Part shown: piece by piece, positions 17,179-30,156 of the stretch
How the letters are laid out: the number at the start of each line of letters is the position of its first letter
How positions within the stretch are numbered: position 1 is the first letter of the stretch
Assembly (NCBI GenBank): GCA_965112735.1
Contig: OZ218965.1
Location: 806,001-870,000, forward strand
DNA: 64,000 nt
Direction: 5' to 3'
DNA from: Phaeosaccion multiseriatum
Taxonomy: Eukaryota > Protista > Ochrophyta, other classes
Translations under genes and position numbers: made by a program
Notes under the pieces: model-generated
The model's input: the letters and a program-made list of their open reading frames with translations, nothing else
Told to the model about the DNA's origin: nothing
Databases searched by the model: none

Positions 17179-17418
17179 GTGTAGGTGTCGCTGTGTCTCC
17201 GGGGCCCTCGAGGGGCCGGTTAATCCCCCTCTAGGGCGGGGAGGGGGAGTGCGGGACCGGCTCCGCGGTTGAGCCGACCCAGGAAGGCGCGCTCCCGCTC
17301 CGAGAGCCACATCTGGTGGCTGCAGCTGACGAGGCGGCGTAGTCTTGTCAGGACGTGGCCCTTGGTGGTGGAGGAGCCCGTGCGGCCAGTGCGGGTGACC
17401 ACGTGCTCGGCGAGTGGC
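17136..17418 (-). mobile_element. Second, shorter 3' fragment of the same CRE-like retroelement with (AC)n tail
   Basis: Aligns with 16230-16520 (LAEHVVTRTGRTGSSTTKGHVLTRLRRLVSCSHQMWLSERERAFLGRLNRG..EGD stop) and ends in TG/AC repeat 17136-17176. Confidence 0.75.
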
Positions 17419-17776
17419 TGCGTGCAGGAGAACTTTATTGACTTGTGCGTGCAGGATCAAAGTGTGTTGGTCCTCCAGATTGTTCACATTTTCTTGCTGA
17501 GAGCGAATTTTCCACGGCACCCACCGAAGGCTTTTTTCGCTCTCTTCCCCCTCCCTTTACCCTGATTGCCTTGCTTTGATCATTATCTCAGGTCAGTGCT
17601 ACTTTGGGTAGGATGGCGGCGACCAGCAGCGGCTAATCGTGTGTATCAAGGGAAATATATGCCTTGTCGTTCTGATTTACGCACTTCTTCTCATCCGTGT
17701 CCTTGTGGGCTGCTTGCTTCCCCCACTGCTCCACCATCTCTTTGAAGACTATCCTGTGCCAGTCGACGTCGAAGCC

Positions 17777-18828
17777 ATGTCAGTCCCATCGAAAGCGGAA
17801 GCGATGTGCGAGGAGAGGCCCGAGATGACACCGGTGGCGGTTCCGGTCTACGAGGCTGAGGACGCGATTGCTGGCACGGCTACCCTATCGAATGCCGAAG
17901 GGATGGTGGGCGTGGCGATGCCCGAGTGACGGTGGCAGTCCCGGTCTACGAGGATGCGATTCCTGTGGCACCCCGACTAACACGAGATATGATTACTGCG
18001 CATCAACAAGCACTGAGACAACAAGCACTGCCACCTGCTGCTCAGCAACAACAAGCACGACCACCTCAACGACGACAAGGCCAAGCTCGCAGGGAAGACA
18101 GTGCATGCGCGGGCTGGAGTGCATGCGCGGGCGTCAGCATTCTGATCTTGAGTTTGTTGATGATTGGGGCAATGGAGGCACCCTACATCACCATCCGGGC
18201 GTCGTCCCCCACTTCGTTTGAAGACTCTTCGAGATACGCGAGTACTAGTACTACTATAAGCTTTTCCCTGGACGAGCTTGAATGCACAGGAAGTGGGCCA
18301 AAGCCGCGTTCAGGATACTGCGCCGGAAAGGCCCTTTTGGGAACCTCCATATGCCTCGGCTTCATCGCCTCTTTCTGTTTGTGGTTTGGCGAGGCTGCTC
18401 ATACCAAGATGCTGAGCTTGATAGGTGAGGCATCGTAGTGCCCAAGCAAAGCCCTCCCAGCCACAGGCCAAGCTTGTCTTTGTTCGCCTCGCTCTCACCT
18501 CCGGATTTGCCTCTTGTTCCCTCCCTCCGCCCCTTCCTCCCTCTCTACTCTGAAGGTTCTGCGACCGGCACTCTCAGCTGGATCTTCCTCCTCCTTACCC
18601 TCATCATCGTCAAGTCGGCAGCCAAGGCTGAGTTTGACGGTGATGCGACGATCGACAAGTCCACTTACTATAGTCCTGGCTACGTAATCAACTTCCAATG
18701 CCTCGGGTTTATGGCTCTTATCCCCTTTATCGTCATTGGCGGCTTTATCAAGTACCACGACGAGAGAGCTCGAGGCAGGACGCACCACCGGTAGTGCGTA
18801 CACCGGTTGTGGCTGGGGCTGCTGTATG
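17777..18828 (+). pseudogene. Frameshifted paralogue of the four-TM protein (duplication copy B)
   Basis: 1-nt deletion at ~17925 (GAG-TG-ACG versus GAG-GTG-ATG) gives a stop at 17929. A 2-nt AG insertion at ~18765 shifts the C-terminus. Same intron position (18425-18555). Confidence 0.75.
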
Positions 18829-20146
18829 AGTCTTGCTTGGACAAGGGCAAGGCGGAGAGGCAGAGACTGAGAGTAACACAGGAGGGAGAGAGACAGAGAG
18901 GGAGAGAATGAGAAAGAGAGACGGAGAGCTGCTCATGGCTGTGTTGAAACTGGCTGGCTGGTGTCAGCATCCGGAGATCGGGCGTGGCTGGCTGCTGCTT
19001 GTGTATGTATACGTGCATATGTTGCAGGACACGGCTGGGGGAGGAGGGCGACGGCGGTTTTGCTTCGGGGGACTGGCTGGCTGGTTCAGACTTTGGGCCG
19101 CTCTCGTCCCCCTCGCTCTGCCCTTTTAGCTGTGGCCTTTTGTTGCCATGCAACGTGAAGTCTTTTGCACCATCGGCTGTACGCACAGTAGAGCGCAGAG
19201 GAGGGATGTGGGACCCCTTCCAGCCTCCAATACAGCAGAGAGCAGAGAAGGAGGGGTGTGGGAGCCCTTCCATCCTCCCCGGCTGGCTGGTGGCTGGCGG
19301 CCGTGCGTGTGCTGGCTGTGTACTTGATGAAGTTGTCGTCTCTCCGTGGCTAGATGTCGATGATGCGATGGAGAGGTGGACAGATAGGTACAGTGTGCGT
19401 ATGTGCCAGTCAGCAGCCGTACCAGACTGGCAGGACTGAGGCAATACAATGCTGCAGCGGTCAATTGACAGCGTGCAGCAATGGGGAGCTTGCTTGGGGC
19501 TCGTGAGACGCCAGGCAGTGGCCGGCCGTGGCGAATGGCAAACAGAGAGCAAGCACTGGAGCAGCCAGGAGAGGGAAGGAAGGGCGACACTCGAGAGTGA
19601 ACTCCCATTCCCATTCCCTTCAGTCCCCGAGGGGGGAAGATGAGCGTGGCATGATCTGCTGCAACTTAACTTGCATGCAAGTGCAGGCCATGTCATCACA
19701 GTGTGGTCGCTGACAGAACATGACTTTCACAATGTACGATACTCTCACCCATACGTATACCTGTGTGAAGGGTCATTTCGTCGGAACCCTGTCGTTCACA
19801 GTTGGCTTGGTTCTTCCAACAAGCACTTCACGTGTTTGCTCCACTGCTTCGTTTGCGCGTTCCCTTTTCGCAGCCACAGCGCCTAGCTGGGGCCGACCAG
19901 GCCGGGGGAGCAGCCGACAGTGCATCGTCTCGCACGAACACTGACCAAGGCTGCACAGTTCTCGCAAGAGAGATGTAGGTGAGTAGCACCTGTATATTAC
20001 ATGCCCCTTTGGATGATGGCACTGGCACTGGGGAAATCAGAGATGGTTGCCTATGGTATCATCCCCATCTATCCCCATAAGAGGGGGATGGCAGCGGACG
20101 GGGGGAAGAGATGGTGGCCTACAAGGTAATAATAGTATTATACAGC

Positions 20147-22117
20147 CTACGAACACAACTTCTGGATGGTCGCATCCACATCACCGTTACACTCCCTCAG
20201 GTGCTTGTCAACCTGATCAGCCGCAAAGCCCATATCCACCAATCGGGCTACTTTAGAGTCAAAATCCGACCCGCCCACGCCGCTGCCTGCTGCCGATTGG
20301 GAGGCGCCTGCATACCCCGCTGGCCCCCAAGGACCGCCGGTTGATGCGCCTATGTAATAATATGTAAGAAGAGAGACAGGAGAGGCGGTTTCAGTTGAGT
20401 TACGTTGAGTTCAGATTACCAATGAACCGATAACTCGATCGAAAGTATCGATGAGCAATGGAGGCGGGCGGGTGGGTACTGGGAGGGCATTGGTTCGTTA
20501 TAGGGGAGCAAGGAGGGGTGTCAGGACAGGGGTGTGAGGACAGGGGGTGTCAGGACAGAGGGTGTGAGGACAGTGGTGTCAGGACAGGGGTGTCAGGACA
20601 GGGGTGTCAGGACATGGGGTGTCAGGACAGAGGTGTCAGGACAGGGGTGTAGAACAGGGGGTGTCAGGACAGAGGTGTCAGGACAGAGGGTGTCAGGACA
20701 GAGAGTGTCAGCACAGGGGTGTCAGGACAGGGGTGTCAGGACAGGGGTACCAGGACAGGGGTGTCAGGACAGGGATGTCAGGACATGGGTGTCAGGACAG
20801 GGTGTCAGGACAGGGGTGTCCGGACAGAGAGTGTCAGGACAGGGGTGTCAGGACAGGGGTGTCAGGACAGGGTTGTCAGGACAGGGGGTGTCAGGACAGG
20901 GGTGTCAGGACAGGGGTGTCAGGACAGGGGTGTCAGGACAGAGGTGTCAGGACAGGGGTGTCAGGACAGGGGTGGGAGGACAGGGTTGTCAGGACAGGGG
21001 GTGTCAGGACAGGGGGTGTCAGGACAGGGGTGTCAGGACAGGGGTGTCAGGACAGGGGCGTCAGGACAGGGGTGTCAGGACAGAGAGTGTCAGGACAGCG
21101 GTGTCAGGACAGAGGTGTCAGGACAGGGGTGTCAGGACAGGGGTGGGAGGACAGGGTTGTCAGGACAGGGGGTGTCAGGACAGGGTTGTCAGGACAGGGG
21201 GTGTCAGGACAGGGGTGTCAGGACAGGGGGTGTCAGGACAGGGGTGTCAGGACAGGGGTGTCAGGACAGGGGTGTCAGGACAGGGGCGTCAGGACAGGGG
21301 TGTCACGACAGGGTTGTCAGGACAGGGGTGTAGGGCAGGGGGTGTCAGGACAGAGAGTGTCAGGACAGAGGTATCACGACATACGGGCTAGGGGGCGGGT
21401 TAGACGTGATAAGAATGAGAGCGCGTGAGTGAGTGACTTAGTGAGTGAGTGAGTGATTGAGTGAGTGATTGAGTGAGTGATTGGAGTGAGTGAGTGAGTG
21501 AGTGAGTGAGTGAGTGAGTGACTGAGTGAGTGATTGAGTGAGTGATTGAGTGAGTGATTGGAGTGAGTGAGTGAGTGAGTGAGTGAGTGAGTGAGTGAGT
21601 GACTTGAGTGAGTGAGTGAGTGAGTGATCTGAGTGAGTGAGTGAGTGAGTGAGTGAGTGTGCACAGAGAGCAGAATAGGAAGGATGGACTCTTATCCCTC
21701 ACCGGCAGAAGGCTGTGCTGGCGGCGGCTGCTGATGTGGCGGCGGTTGCTGATGTGGCGGCTGCTGCTGCTGCTGCCCTGCCCAGCCCTGGCCGCCATAC
21801 CCTGGCTGCGGCTGCGGCTGCGGTTGTGCGTGCGCTTGAGTCCCGGGGGGAGCGTTGTGGGCAGGTCCAGTGCTGTAACTGTAATTCTGGGCTGCGGGGT
21901 ACGCGGACGGAGCAGGGTAGGGGGCCGCCTGCTGTGCTGCTGCATATCCCCCACCATGCCCGCCATACCCCCCTCCCGCAGGCGGTACCTGCACAGCCGG
22001 GGGTGGGCCGCCGCCGCCGTACGCCTGCCCCCCCCCTGGGTACTGCCCTCCTGGGTACTGCCCACCTGGGTACTGCCCCCCTGGGTACTGCCCCCCTGCC
22101 TGCTGCGGCGCCACTGG

Positions 22118-22155
<38 letters not shown>

Positions 22156-24499
22156 CCCCCGGTGGTCCAGTGAAGGGGTTGGCTGCCGAGTACGGGCTGG
22201 CTGCTGCGAACGGGTTGGCTGCGGATACAGCTGCGGGTGCCGATGATGGTGCTGATGATGGTGCTGCTGATGGTGCTGCTGATGACGCTCCTGATGAACC
22301 ATCCCCTTGCAACCCTTGCTGGGCGAGGCGCCTGGCCAGCTCGGCGTCTCCTGCCTGCTGCTCGAGCTGCCCTTGTCGATATGTGAACTGCATCTCGTAG
22401 TCGCGACGCTGTCAGTGTTGACATCACCAAATGTCGTGTCACGTTTCGTAATGTCACGTAATCGTATCGTGAGGATGGGAGGGACGGCGGACGCACCCAG
22501 GGGAGGCAGGGGCGAGGGCTGGGTTCAGATTCTAGATTCTAGTGCCGTTTCAGTTTCAGAAAGTCTTAGATCTTGATCAATCAACATAAATGAGCATCGA
22601 TGTCGAGGGGAAGGAGGAGCGAGGAGGGCCGTAACAATATCTCCAGCCCCGCCTGCCTGCCTGCCTGCCTGCCTGCTGGTGGTATTGCATTCCCACAATT
22701 GACACGCACGCACGCACGCACGCGCGCACGCACGCACCTGCACTCCCTGCGAGTAGGCGAGGTCCTCCGCCGCCTGCTTGAGCTGTGGGAGGCGAGAATT
22801 CAAGTCACTGTAGAACTTGGTGCCATCGCTGGAAGAGGGGAGGGAGAGGGAGGAGGGAGAGGAAAGGGAGGGAGAGAGGGAAGAGGAAGGGGGGGTGAGA
22901 GATAGGAAGAGAGAAAAGAGAGAAGGGGGAGAGAGAGAGGGAGAGAGCGAGAGAGAGAGAGAGACAGAGAGACAGAGACAGACAGAGACAGACAGAGAGA
23001 AAGAGAGAGAGGGAGAGAGCGAGAGAGAGAGGGAGAGAGCGAGAGAGAGAGATGAGACAAAACGAAGACAAGGAGACAAGCAAGGACGAACACCGTTGAT
23101 TTGTGGGGGCATGTATAATGCATAATTGGGGGGGGGGGCTTAGGGAATCTTACGTACCTGAGGTGTGCGTGTAGCTCGTGGAAGGTGGTGACCCCCGTGT
23201 GAAGGGCCATGAGGAAGCGGTCCCGAGCAAGAGCCGCCGGATCAAGGGCCTTGGCCTTACAGTTACAGTGACAGTTACATTACAGTGACAGCGACGTGTG
23301 GGGGAATTGAATTAGAGAGGTTCGGTGGGCAGAGGGGAGGGGAGGGGGGGAGGGAGGGAGGGAGAGGATTAGAATGCCCGCGACTCTTTCAGGGCCCAGG
23401 GATAAGGTAACAACAAGATCAGCAACTCTCCCCTATGCCAGCAACTAAGTCCTTAGTATGAGCATGGCAGCAACTCCCTCCTCAGTATGTCAGCAACTCC
23501 CTCAGTATGTCAGCAACTCCCTGCTCGGCCCTGCACTGATCCCTCCCCCTTTTGATGACTCTTTTGTGTTTTCTCTCTCTCCCTTCCCTTCTCCTACTTT
23601 CCCCCTAGTTTCTTTCGTCTCTCCTCCTCCATACAAGTATCTCCCTCCCTCCCTCCGTCCCTGCCCCCCTCCCTCAGTCACTCCCCTCCCTCCTCCCCCC
23701 CCTACACACAGAGCACCCACCTTTGTGAAACGGTCGTTCTCCTCCATGAGACTCGTCATCATCGCTGGCTGCCTCGATAGATTGTCCTCGATGCGCGCCT
23801 CCGTGCTCTGCAATTGCCCCATGGCCGCCTCCACCACCTTCTTCTCCCCTCCCTCCCCCTCCCCCTTCTCCTCCTCCCCTCCGCCTCCCACTCCAGCCAT
23901 GAGCTGTCCAGGGAGGTCGTCGCCCACCTGTTGGACCTGTGCTTCCAACCCCTTCACAAGCCCCTCCCTGTCCATAATGAGGGAGGCAACGTCCATCAGC
24001 TGCGAAGACAGCGCTAACGTATCTGCTACCACCGCCTCTCCTCCTTCTCCTCCTCCTCCTCCTCCCCCCCCTCCGCCTTCCCCGGTGCTTTGCGGCACCC
24101 TGGCCTCTAACTCCGACTTGCCGAGTCCAATCAGCTCCAATCCTTCCTTCGCGTCCCTCATCTGCCCCATCACCTTGGCATCCGAGCCCCTCGCTGTCTG
24201 CCACAGACCTCGATAGTGTGACAAGTCCTTCCGAAGGTCCGCCGAAATGTCTTTGGTGCTCCGAATCTCCGCCCCACCATCCTCTGCCATCCCCTGAAAC
24301 CGAAGCCTCCACTGCTCGTCCTTGCGCTCCTCCTCCTGCAGGGAGTGCTCCACGTGTTCGAGCGTCCTTCGGGCGTCCTCCGCCCACTGTTCCAGCTCCG
24401 CTACCTATTGATTTTGTTGACATAGTGCGGTGTGATTTGTTGACATATGTGGTGAGGGGGGACGGCAGTGGGTGGGGTGTGGTGGGGGAATCGCCATCC

Positions 24500-24545
<46 letters not shown>

Positions 24546-24645
24546 TATCAATATCATCATCATCGTCGTCATCGCATCATCACCATCATCATTATCATCA
24601 TCATCATCTTCATCATCATTATCGTCATCCATCACCATCATTATC

Positions 24646-24677
<32 letters not shown>

Positions 24678-25478
24678 CATCATTATCATCATCATCACCA
24701 CCATCATCGCTCCAGTCACTGCTCTCCAGCATCTCTCCCGTTCTTTGTCTCAAGCCCTCCATCTGCCTCGCAAACCACAAACACACCCCCAACCACACCC
24801 ACACCCACCCATCCACCCACCTACCCACACCCACCCATCCACCCACCTACCCACACCCACCCATCCACCCACCTACCCACACCCACCCATCCACCCACCT
24901 ACCCACCCACCCACCCACCCACCTACCCACACCCACCCATCCACCCACCTACCCACACCCACCCATCCACCCACGTGTACACACCCACACGCACACGCTC
25001 ACGCACACACACACACGCACAAACGCACAAACACACTCCCACAAACACACACACGCACACGCACAAACACGCACACCCACCCACCCACACACCACACACA
25101 CACACACACACACGCACACACCTACATACCCACATACCCACACACGCTCACACACACAAACCAACCCACCCACCCACAAATACACATCCAGCCAGCCAGC
25201 CAGCCACCCACCCACCTACCCACCCACACACTCACCCACCCACCCACATACACACACATACCCACACACGTTCACACACGCACACCCCCTACACCCCCTA
25301 CACCCTTACCTTGCTATGTATGGCCTGCACCCCCCCGTAGCGTCCCTGTATATCTGCCACCTTGTCCCACACCCCCGGGGGGATACCTGAGCCGCCCCCC
25401 TGGAGGGACTCGTGAGACTCCAGAGCACTGAGCAATCCGACGGCGGCGAGCTCTCCTCGGGCCTGAGAGAGAGAGAGG

Positions 25479-25533
<55 letters not shown>

Positions 25534-28500
25534 GATAAGAGACCGAGGCGGACGGGGTGATGGAGACAGAGACGGAGAGAGAGAGAGAGAGATGGAGAGG
25601 GGAGGGAACGAGCGGCAGGAGGTGAGTGCACAGCAGGAGGGTGGGGGATGACGAGTGGGTGCATAACAAAGGCCCTTGAGAAGCGACATCGGAAGGGCCC
25701 AACAACTGACGAACTGTGTGAGTACATACCACCACCGACACCCACCACCATACTACGCCAGGGCTCGAGGGGCCTGAGCACATTCGAGCAACGGCTGTCC
25801 CCAGGCCCCGAGCCACCCACCCGCCGAGCCCCTCAATAACCCACCCACCCACCCACCCACGCACCCACGCACGCACGCACGCACGCACGCTCCCACCCAC
25901 CTGCGCGGTGGAGGCCTTGGCGCCCTCCTTGAGTCTTGTGAGGAGGGCCCCCGACCTCGAGCTGAAGTCATCCACTGCCTCCTTCATGCGGCGCGGCAGC
26001 AGCCCCTCGAACAGCGCCACTGCTGCTGCTGTATCACCAACTGCTGAGCTTCCACTGCCACTGCTACTCCCATCGGGCAAGGGCGAGCCGGGCAGGTAGG
26101 GGAGGGGCTTGACCATGGCAGCCTTTCCGACGGCGGGCAGGCTGTTGGAGGCAGGCACCACCTCAATGTAGATGGTTTCATTGTCCTTGAGCAGCGTTGC
26201 TCTCTCCTTGCTGATCTTTCCCTGCAGCGCCTCTGTTGCCACGGTGAGTCTGATGGGGCACAATGCAAACAGAGGGGCAGGACAAGGGCAGCAGAGGAGT
26301 TGTGAGCAACGGATGTGACTGGAAGAGTCGTTTTATCGTGACTATATATATACTATATATACATACAATGTATGTAAATAAATAACTGGTGAGAACGGGG
26401 CCCTGGCTGGAGGGAATGGGGGCCACGGGAGACCACGACTTTACAGGCCGTGGGACATGAGTAGTTGGTGAGTTGGTGATACAATTGGGCATGGGGCATT
26501 AAGACAAGAGGGTATCATCGCACCCCCCTCTCTCTCTTCTCTGTGGGCAGAGGCCTCATCTCAACACCCGGGCCAATCGGCCCAGGCCTAAGCAGCTTGT
26601 TGTCATTGACGTACTGAACTAACTCACCTTGTCGGGACGGACTTGTGCGATGCCCTTTGTAACGCCTCATGTGCTGCGGCAGCGGCTCTGTGGTACCTGT
26701 GACGCAGCGGGTGAATGAGGGAGTGAGTGAGTGAGTGAGGTGAGTCAGTTAGTGCGTGAGTGAGTGAGTGAGTGAGTGAGTGAGTGGGTAAGTGCTTGAG
26801 TGCTTGAGTGAGGGAGTGAGTGAGTGAGTGAGTGAGTGAGTGAGTGAGTGAGTGGGTAAGTGCTTGAGTGCTTGAGTGAGGGAGTGAGTGAGTGAGTGAG
26901 TGAGTGAGTGAGTGAGTGGGTGAGCGAGTGAGTGGGGGGTGAGTGCGTAAGTGAGTGAGTGAGTGAGTGAGTGAGTGAGTGAGCGAGTGAGCGAGTCAGT
27001 CAGTCAGTGAGTGAGTGAATGAGTGAGTGAATGAGTGAGTGAGTGAGTGATGAGTGAGTGAGTGATGAGTGAATGAGTGGGTGAGTGGGTGAGTGAGTGC
27101 GTAAGTGAGGGAGTGAGTGAGTCAGTGAGTGAGTGAGTGCTTGAGTGAGTGAGTGAGCGAGTCAGTCAGTGAGTGAGTGAGTGAATGAGTGAGTGAGTGA
27201 TGAGTGAGTGAGTGAGTGGGTAAGTGCTTGAGTGCTTGAGTGAGGGAGTGAGTGAGTGAGTGAGTGAGTGAGTGAGTGAGTGAGTGAGTGAGTGGGTAAG
27301 TGCTTGAGTGCTTGAGTGAGGGAGTGAGTGAGTGAGTGAGTGAGTGAGTGGGTGAGCGAGTGAGTGGGGGGTGAGTGCGTAAGTGAGTGAGTGAGTGAGT
27401 GAGTGAGTGAGTGAGTGAGTGAGCGAGTGAGCGAGTCAGTCAGTCAGTGAGTGAGTGAATGAGTGAGTGAATGAGTGAGTGAGTGAGTGATGAGTGAGTG
27501 AGTGATGAGTGAATGAGTGGGTGAGTGGGTGAGTGAGTGCGTAAGTGAGGGAGTGAGTGAGTCAGTGAGTGAGTGAGTGCTTGAGTGAGTGAGTGAGCGA
27601 GTCAGTCAGTGAGTGAGTGAGTGAATGAGTGAGTGAGTGATGAGTGAGTGAGTGATGAGTGAATGAATGAGTGAGTGAGTGAGTGAGTGAGTGAGTGAGT
27701 GATGAGTGAATGAGTGAGTGAGTGAGTGATGAGTGAATGAGTGAGTGAGTGAGTGAGTGAGTGAGTGAGTGAGTGAGTGAGTGAGTGGGTGAGTGAGTGA
27801 GTGAGTGAGTGAGTGCTTGAGTGAGTGAGTGAGCGAGTGAGCGAGTCAGTCAGTCAGTCAGTCAGTGAGTGAGTGAGTGAGTGAGTGGGCGTGGTGCTGC
27901 TGTGGCTCTGTGCTGATGGTACCTGGCGATGGCCGCTCCGTAGCCCGAGCCGCTCTCCTCTGCCGCCTCGAACAGAGACTTGGCCTAGCGGAGCAGAGGG
28001 GGGGAGGGGCGGATGGATGGCAGTGGATGGGGAGGAGGATGGCAGTGGATGGAGAGGAGGGCAGAACAGCTGAGACAGGAAGACAGACCAGGAGTAGAGT
28101 GCATCCCTCCAATAGCACACGCCTCAAGTATGTTCCGTGCCATCCGCTACCATCCCTGAGACCGCCATTCCATCCGCTGCCATCCTCCTCCTCCCCATCA
28201 CCGATTCACTGACACACACCAGCATACCTACCTCCCAATACTCGGCGGCCGCCTCGAAGGCCTTGATCTGGAAAGAGCAACACGCCGCCCACGACTTGTC
28301 TACATGGGGTAGCAGATTGGGCCCCGAGAAGAGGTTGTGTGCATGTTGGTAGAACGCGCTGCACTGCTGGGCAAGCTTGGCGACGATCGAGGACTTGAGC
28401 AAGGAAACCGGCCTGTGCAGGGAGGAGGGGAGAGAGGGGGGGGGGGGGAGTGAGAGAGAGCGTGAGAGAGTGAGAGTGAGAGAGAGTGAGAGAGAGAGAG

Positions 28501-30156
28501 TGAGATAGAGGGAGTGAGAGAGAGTGTGATAGAGAGGGAGGGAGAGAGAGTAAGTGTCAGTACGGAGGTATAATAGATGGCCGGATCGGACGCCTCCCGT
28601 ATGCCTCTAACATGTCTCCCATGTCACCCTCCCTTTGTCCGTTTCACTTTAGTCTGAAGTTGTGCAGTGCACGGAGAAGAAGTGAAGAGAGAAGAGTGAG
28701 GAGGTGACTGACTGACTGACTGACTGACTTGACTTGACTGACCGACCGACGGACAGACCGACTGATTGACCGCTGACCGACTGACCCACTGACCTGTCTC
28801 GAACGGCCTTTTCGTAGAAGCACGCTTGTGCCTGGGCCAGGGCGAGGTTGATGACTGCGTTGAGTCCGTCAGGAGTCATGTCCGCAGTCCTAGCACCGAT
28901 TAAACCCTTTTGATTGATTCAACGTTACATTAGGTGCAGAATGAGGGGTGGGAGGGGGGGGTTACAGGGAGAGAGGCGGAGAGAGAAGAGAGAGAGAGAT
29001 GGAGACAGAAAGAGAGGCGGGCGGCACATACGTAATTCTTACGACGAAGGTTGATTCCCGTAAGTCAATAAGCCACCCCTCATCCCTGCTCTACTATGGT
29101 ACTACCTGAGAGAGCGTGTCTTTAATGTAGGTGAAGATGCCGGCCGCCAACTGAAAGTTGCGGCAAGCTACTTTGAGACCCTCCGTGCTGGTTCGGTCGG
29201 TGTTGGAGCTGATTGAGCAAGGGAGTAATTAGGTAGGCGGGAAGGCAGGTAGACAGGTAGGTAGGTAGATAGGTAGGTGGGTAGGTTAGGTAGGTAAGTA
29301 GGCAGGAGGGAGGAGGGAGGAGGGAGGAGGGAAATAAATAGAGCGAGGAGGATGCAGAGCGGGGCCAGCGGTGGCATTGGGCCGTAGAGGTTTAGCTCTG
29401 TATCGACACACACACACAGAGCATTGGACGCGAGTGTACAAAAAGTCAAGAGCGATAAGAGAGAAAGAGAGAGAGAAGGCAGGAGTAGTATCTAAACAAA
29501 AAAAAACTTCCTTCCCCACACCCTCCCTCCCTCCCTCCCTCCCTCACCCCGTACCCGAGCTGTGCCTCAAGAGCCCCCATGTTGTACAGCACGCAGCAGC
29601 GCTCGAACAGCAGCGTGCTCTGCACATTTGACTGCTTAGGGCTAAAGGCGTCGTGCCACTTGATGCTGACCCTCACGGCCGCCTCCGAGAAAGGAAGGAT
29701 GGGTTGGAGCCTACGAGAGTATAAATGAAAATATGTTTACGGGGACGGAAGAGCGAGAGGGCCTTCGTCAGTAGTCGTAGCAGTAGCAGTAGTAGTAGTG
29801 AAGGAAAGAGGGAAAGGGAAGAGGAGGGAGGGAGGGAGGGATGGAGGCTCAAGGACAAACTCACACGACAAAGGAGGAGAGGGCAAGCCGCCGAACCCCT
29901 TCCCGCTCACAAGCTCGCTCACTCACTCACTCACTCACTTCGTCAGGGCGGCGAAGTACGTCTCCAGCGCCTCCTGCCCAGAGGCAGAGGCGGCCTCGAC
30001 GCTGGCCGCCCGCTTTCGCATAGCTTGTAGTGTTTCCGCATCTCGCATGTAGCGCTTCTTATCCACCTCGCTGAGGCTAGCGTCTCGCTCCAGGTAGTCG
30101 CAAAGCGGCGTGGATATGTCCACGGGTGCGCTCTTCTTGAACGGAGTGGCGAGCAT
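20147..30156 (-). CDS. BRO1/ALIX-like ESCRT-associated protein: BRO1 domain, V domain, Pro/Gln/Gly/Tyr-rich region, C-terminal UBA; about 14 exons
   Basis: [15 protein letters not shown]; [21 protein letters not shown]; FQLAAGIF; [14 protein letters not shown]; [12 protein letters not shown]; LFEGLLP; DGTKFYSDL; GGQYP repeats. Last exon 20349-20147 reads [39 protein letters not shown], in phase with the donor at ~21702. Confidence 0.9.
20516..21372. repeat. Minisatellite GGTGTCAGGACAGG in the last BRO1 intron
   Basis: Same unit as 14827-15380. Confidence 0.95.
26715..27887. repeat. (GAGT)n intronic microsatellite with higher-order internal duplication
   Basis: ~1.2 kb tract. The same series of variant units (GGGTAAGTGCTT, GGGGGGTGAGTGCGTAA) recurs at ~26760-27200 and ~27200-27650. 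Confidence 0.9.

Noticed and set aside
16270-17420. LTR pair flanking an internal region
   Set aside because: The direct repeats encode a REL-type C-terminus and end in AC tails, with no PBS seen. They are better explained as two truncated non-LTR copies.
20534-21428. Long ORFs of [14 protein letters not shown] repeats (also 14797-15397)
   Set aside because: These are translations of a stop-free 14-bp satellite that is open in all three forward frames and lies in the BRO1 intron on the opposite strand.
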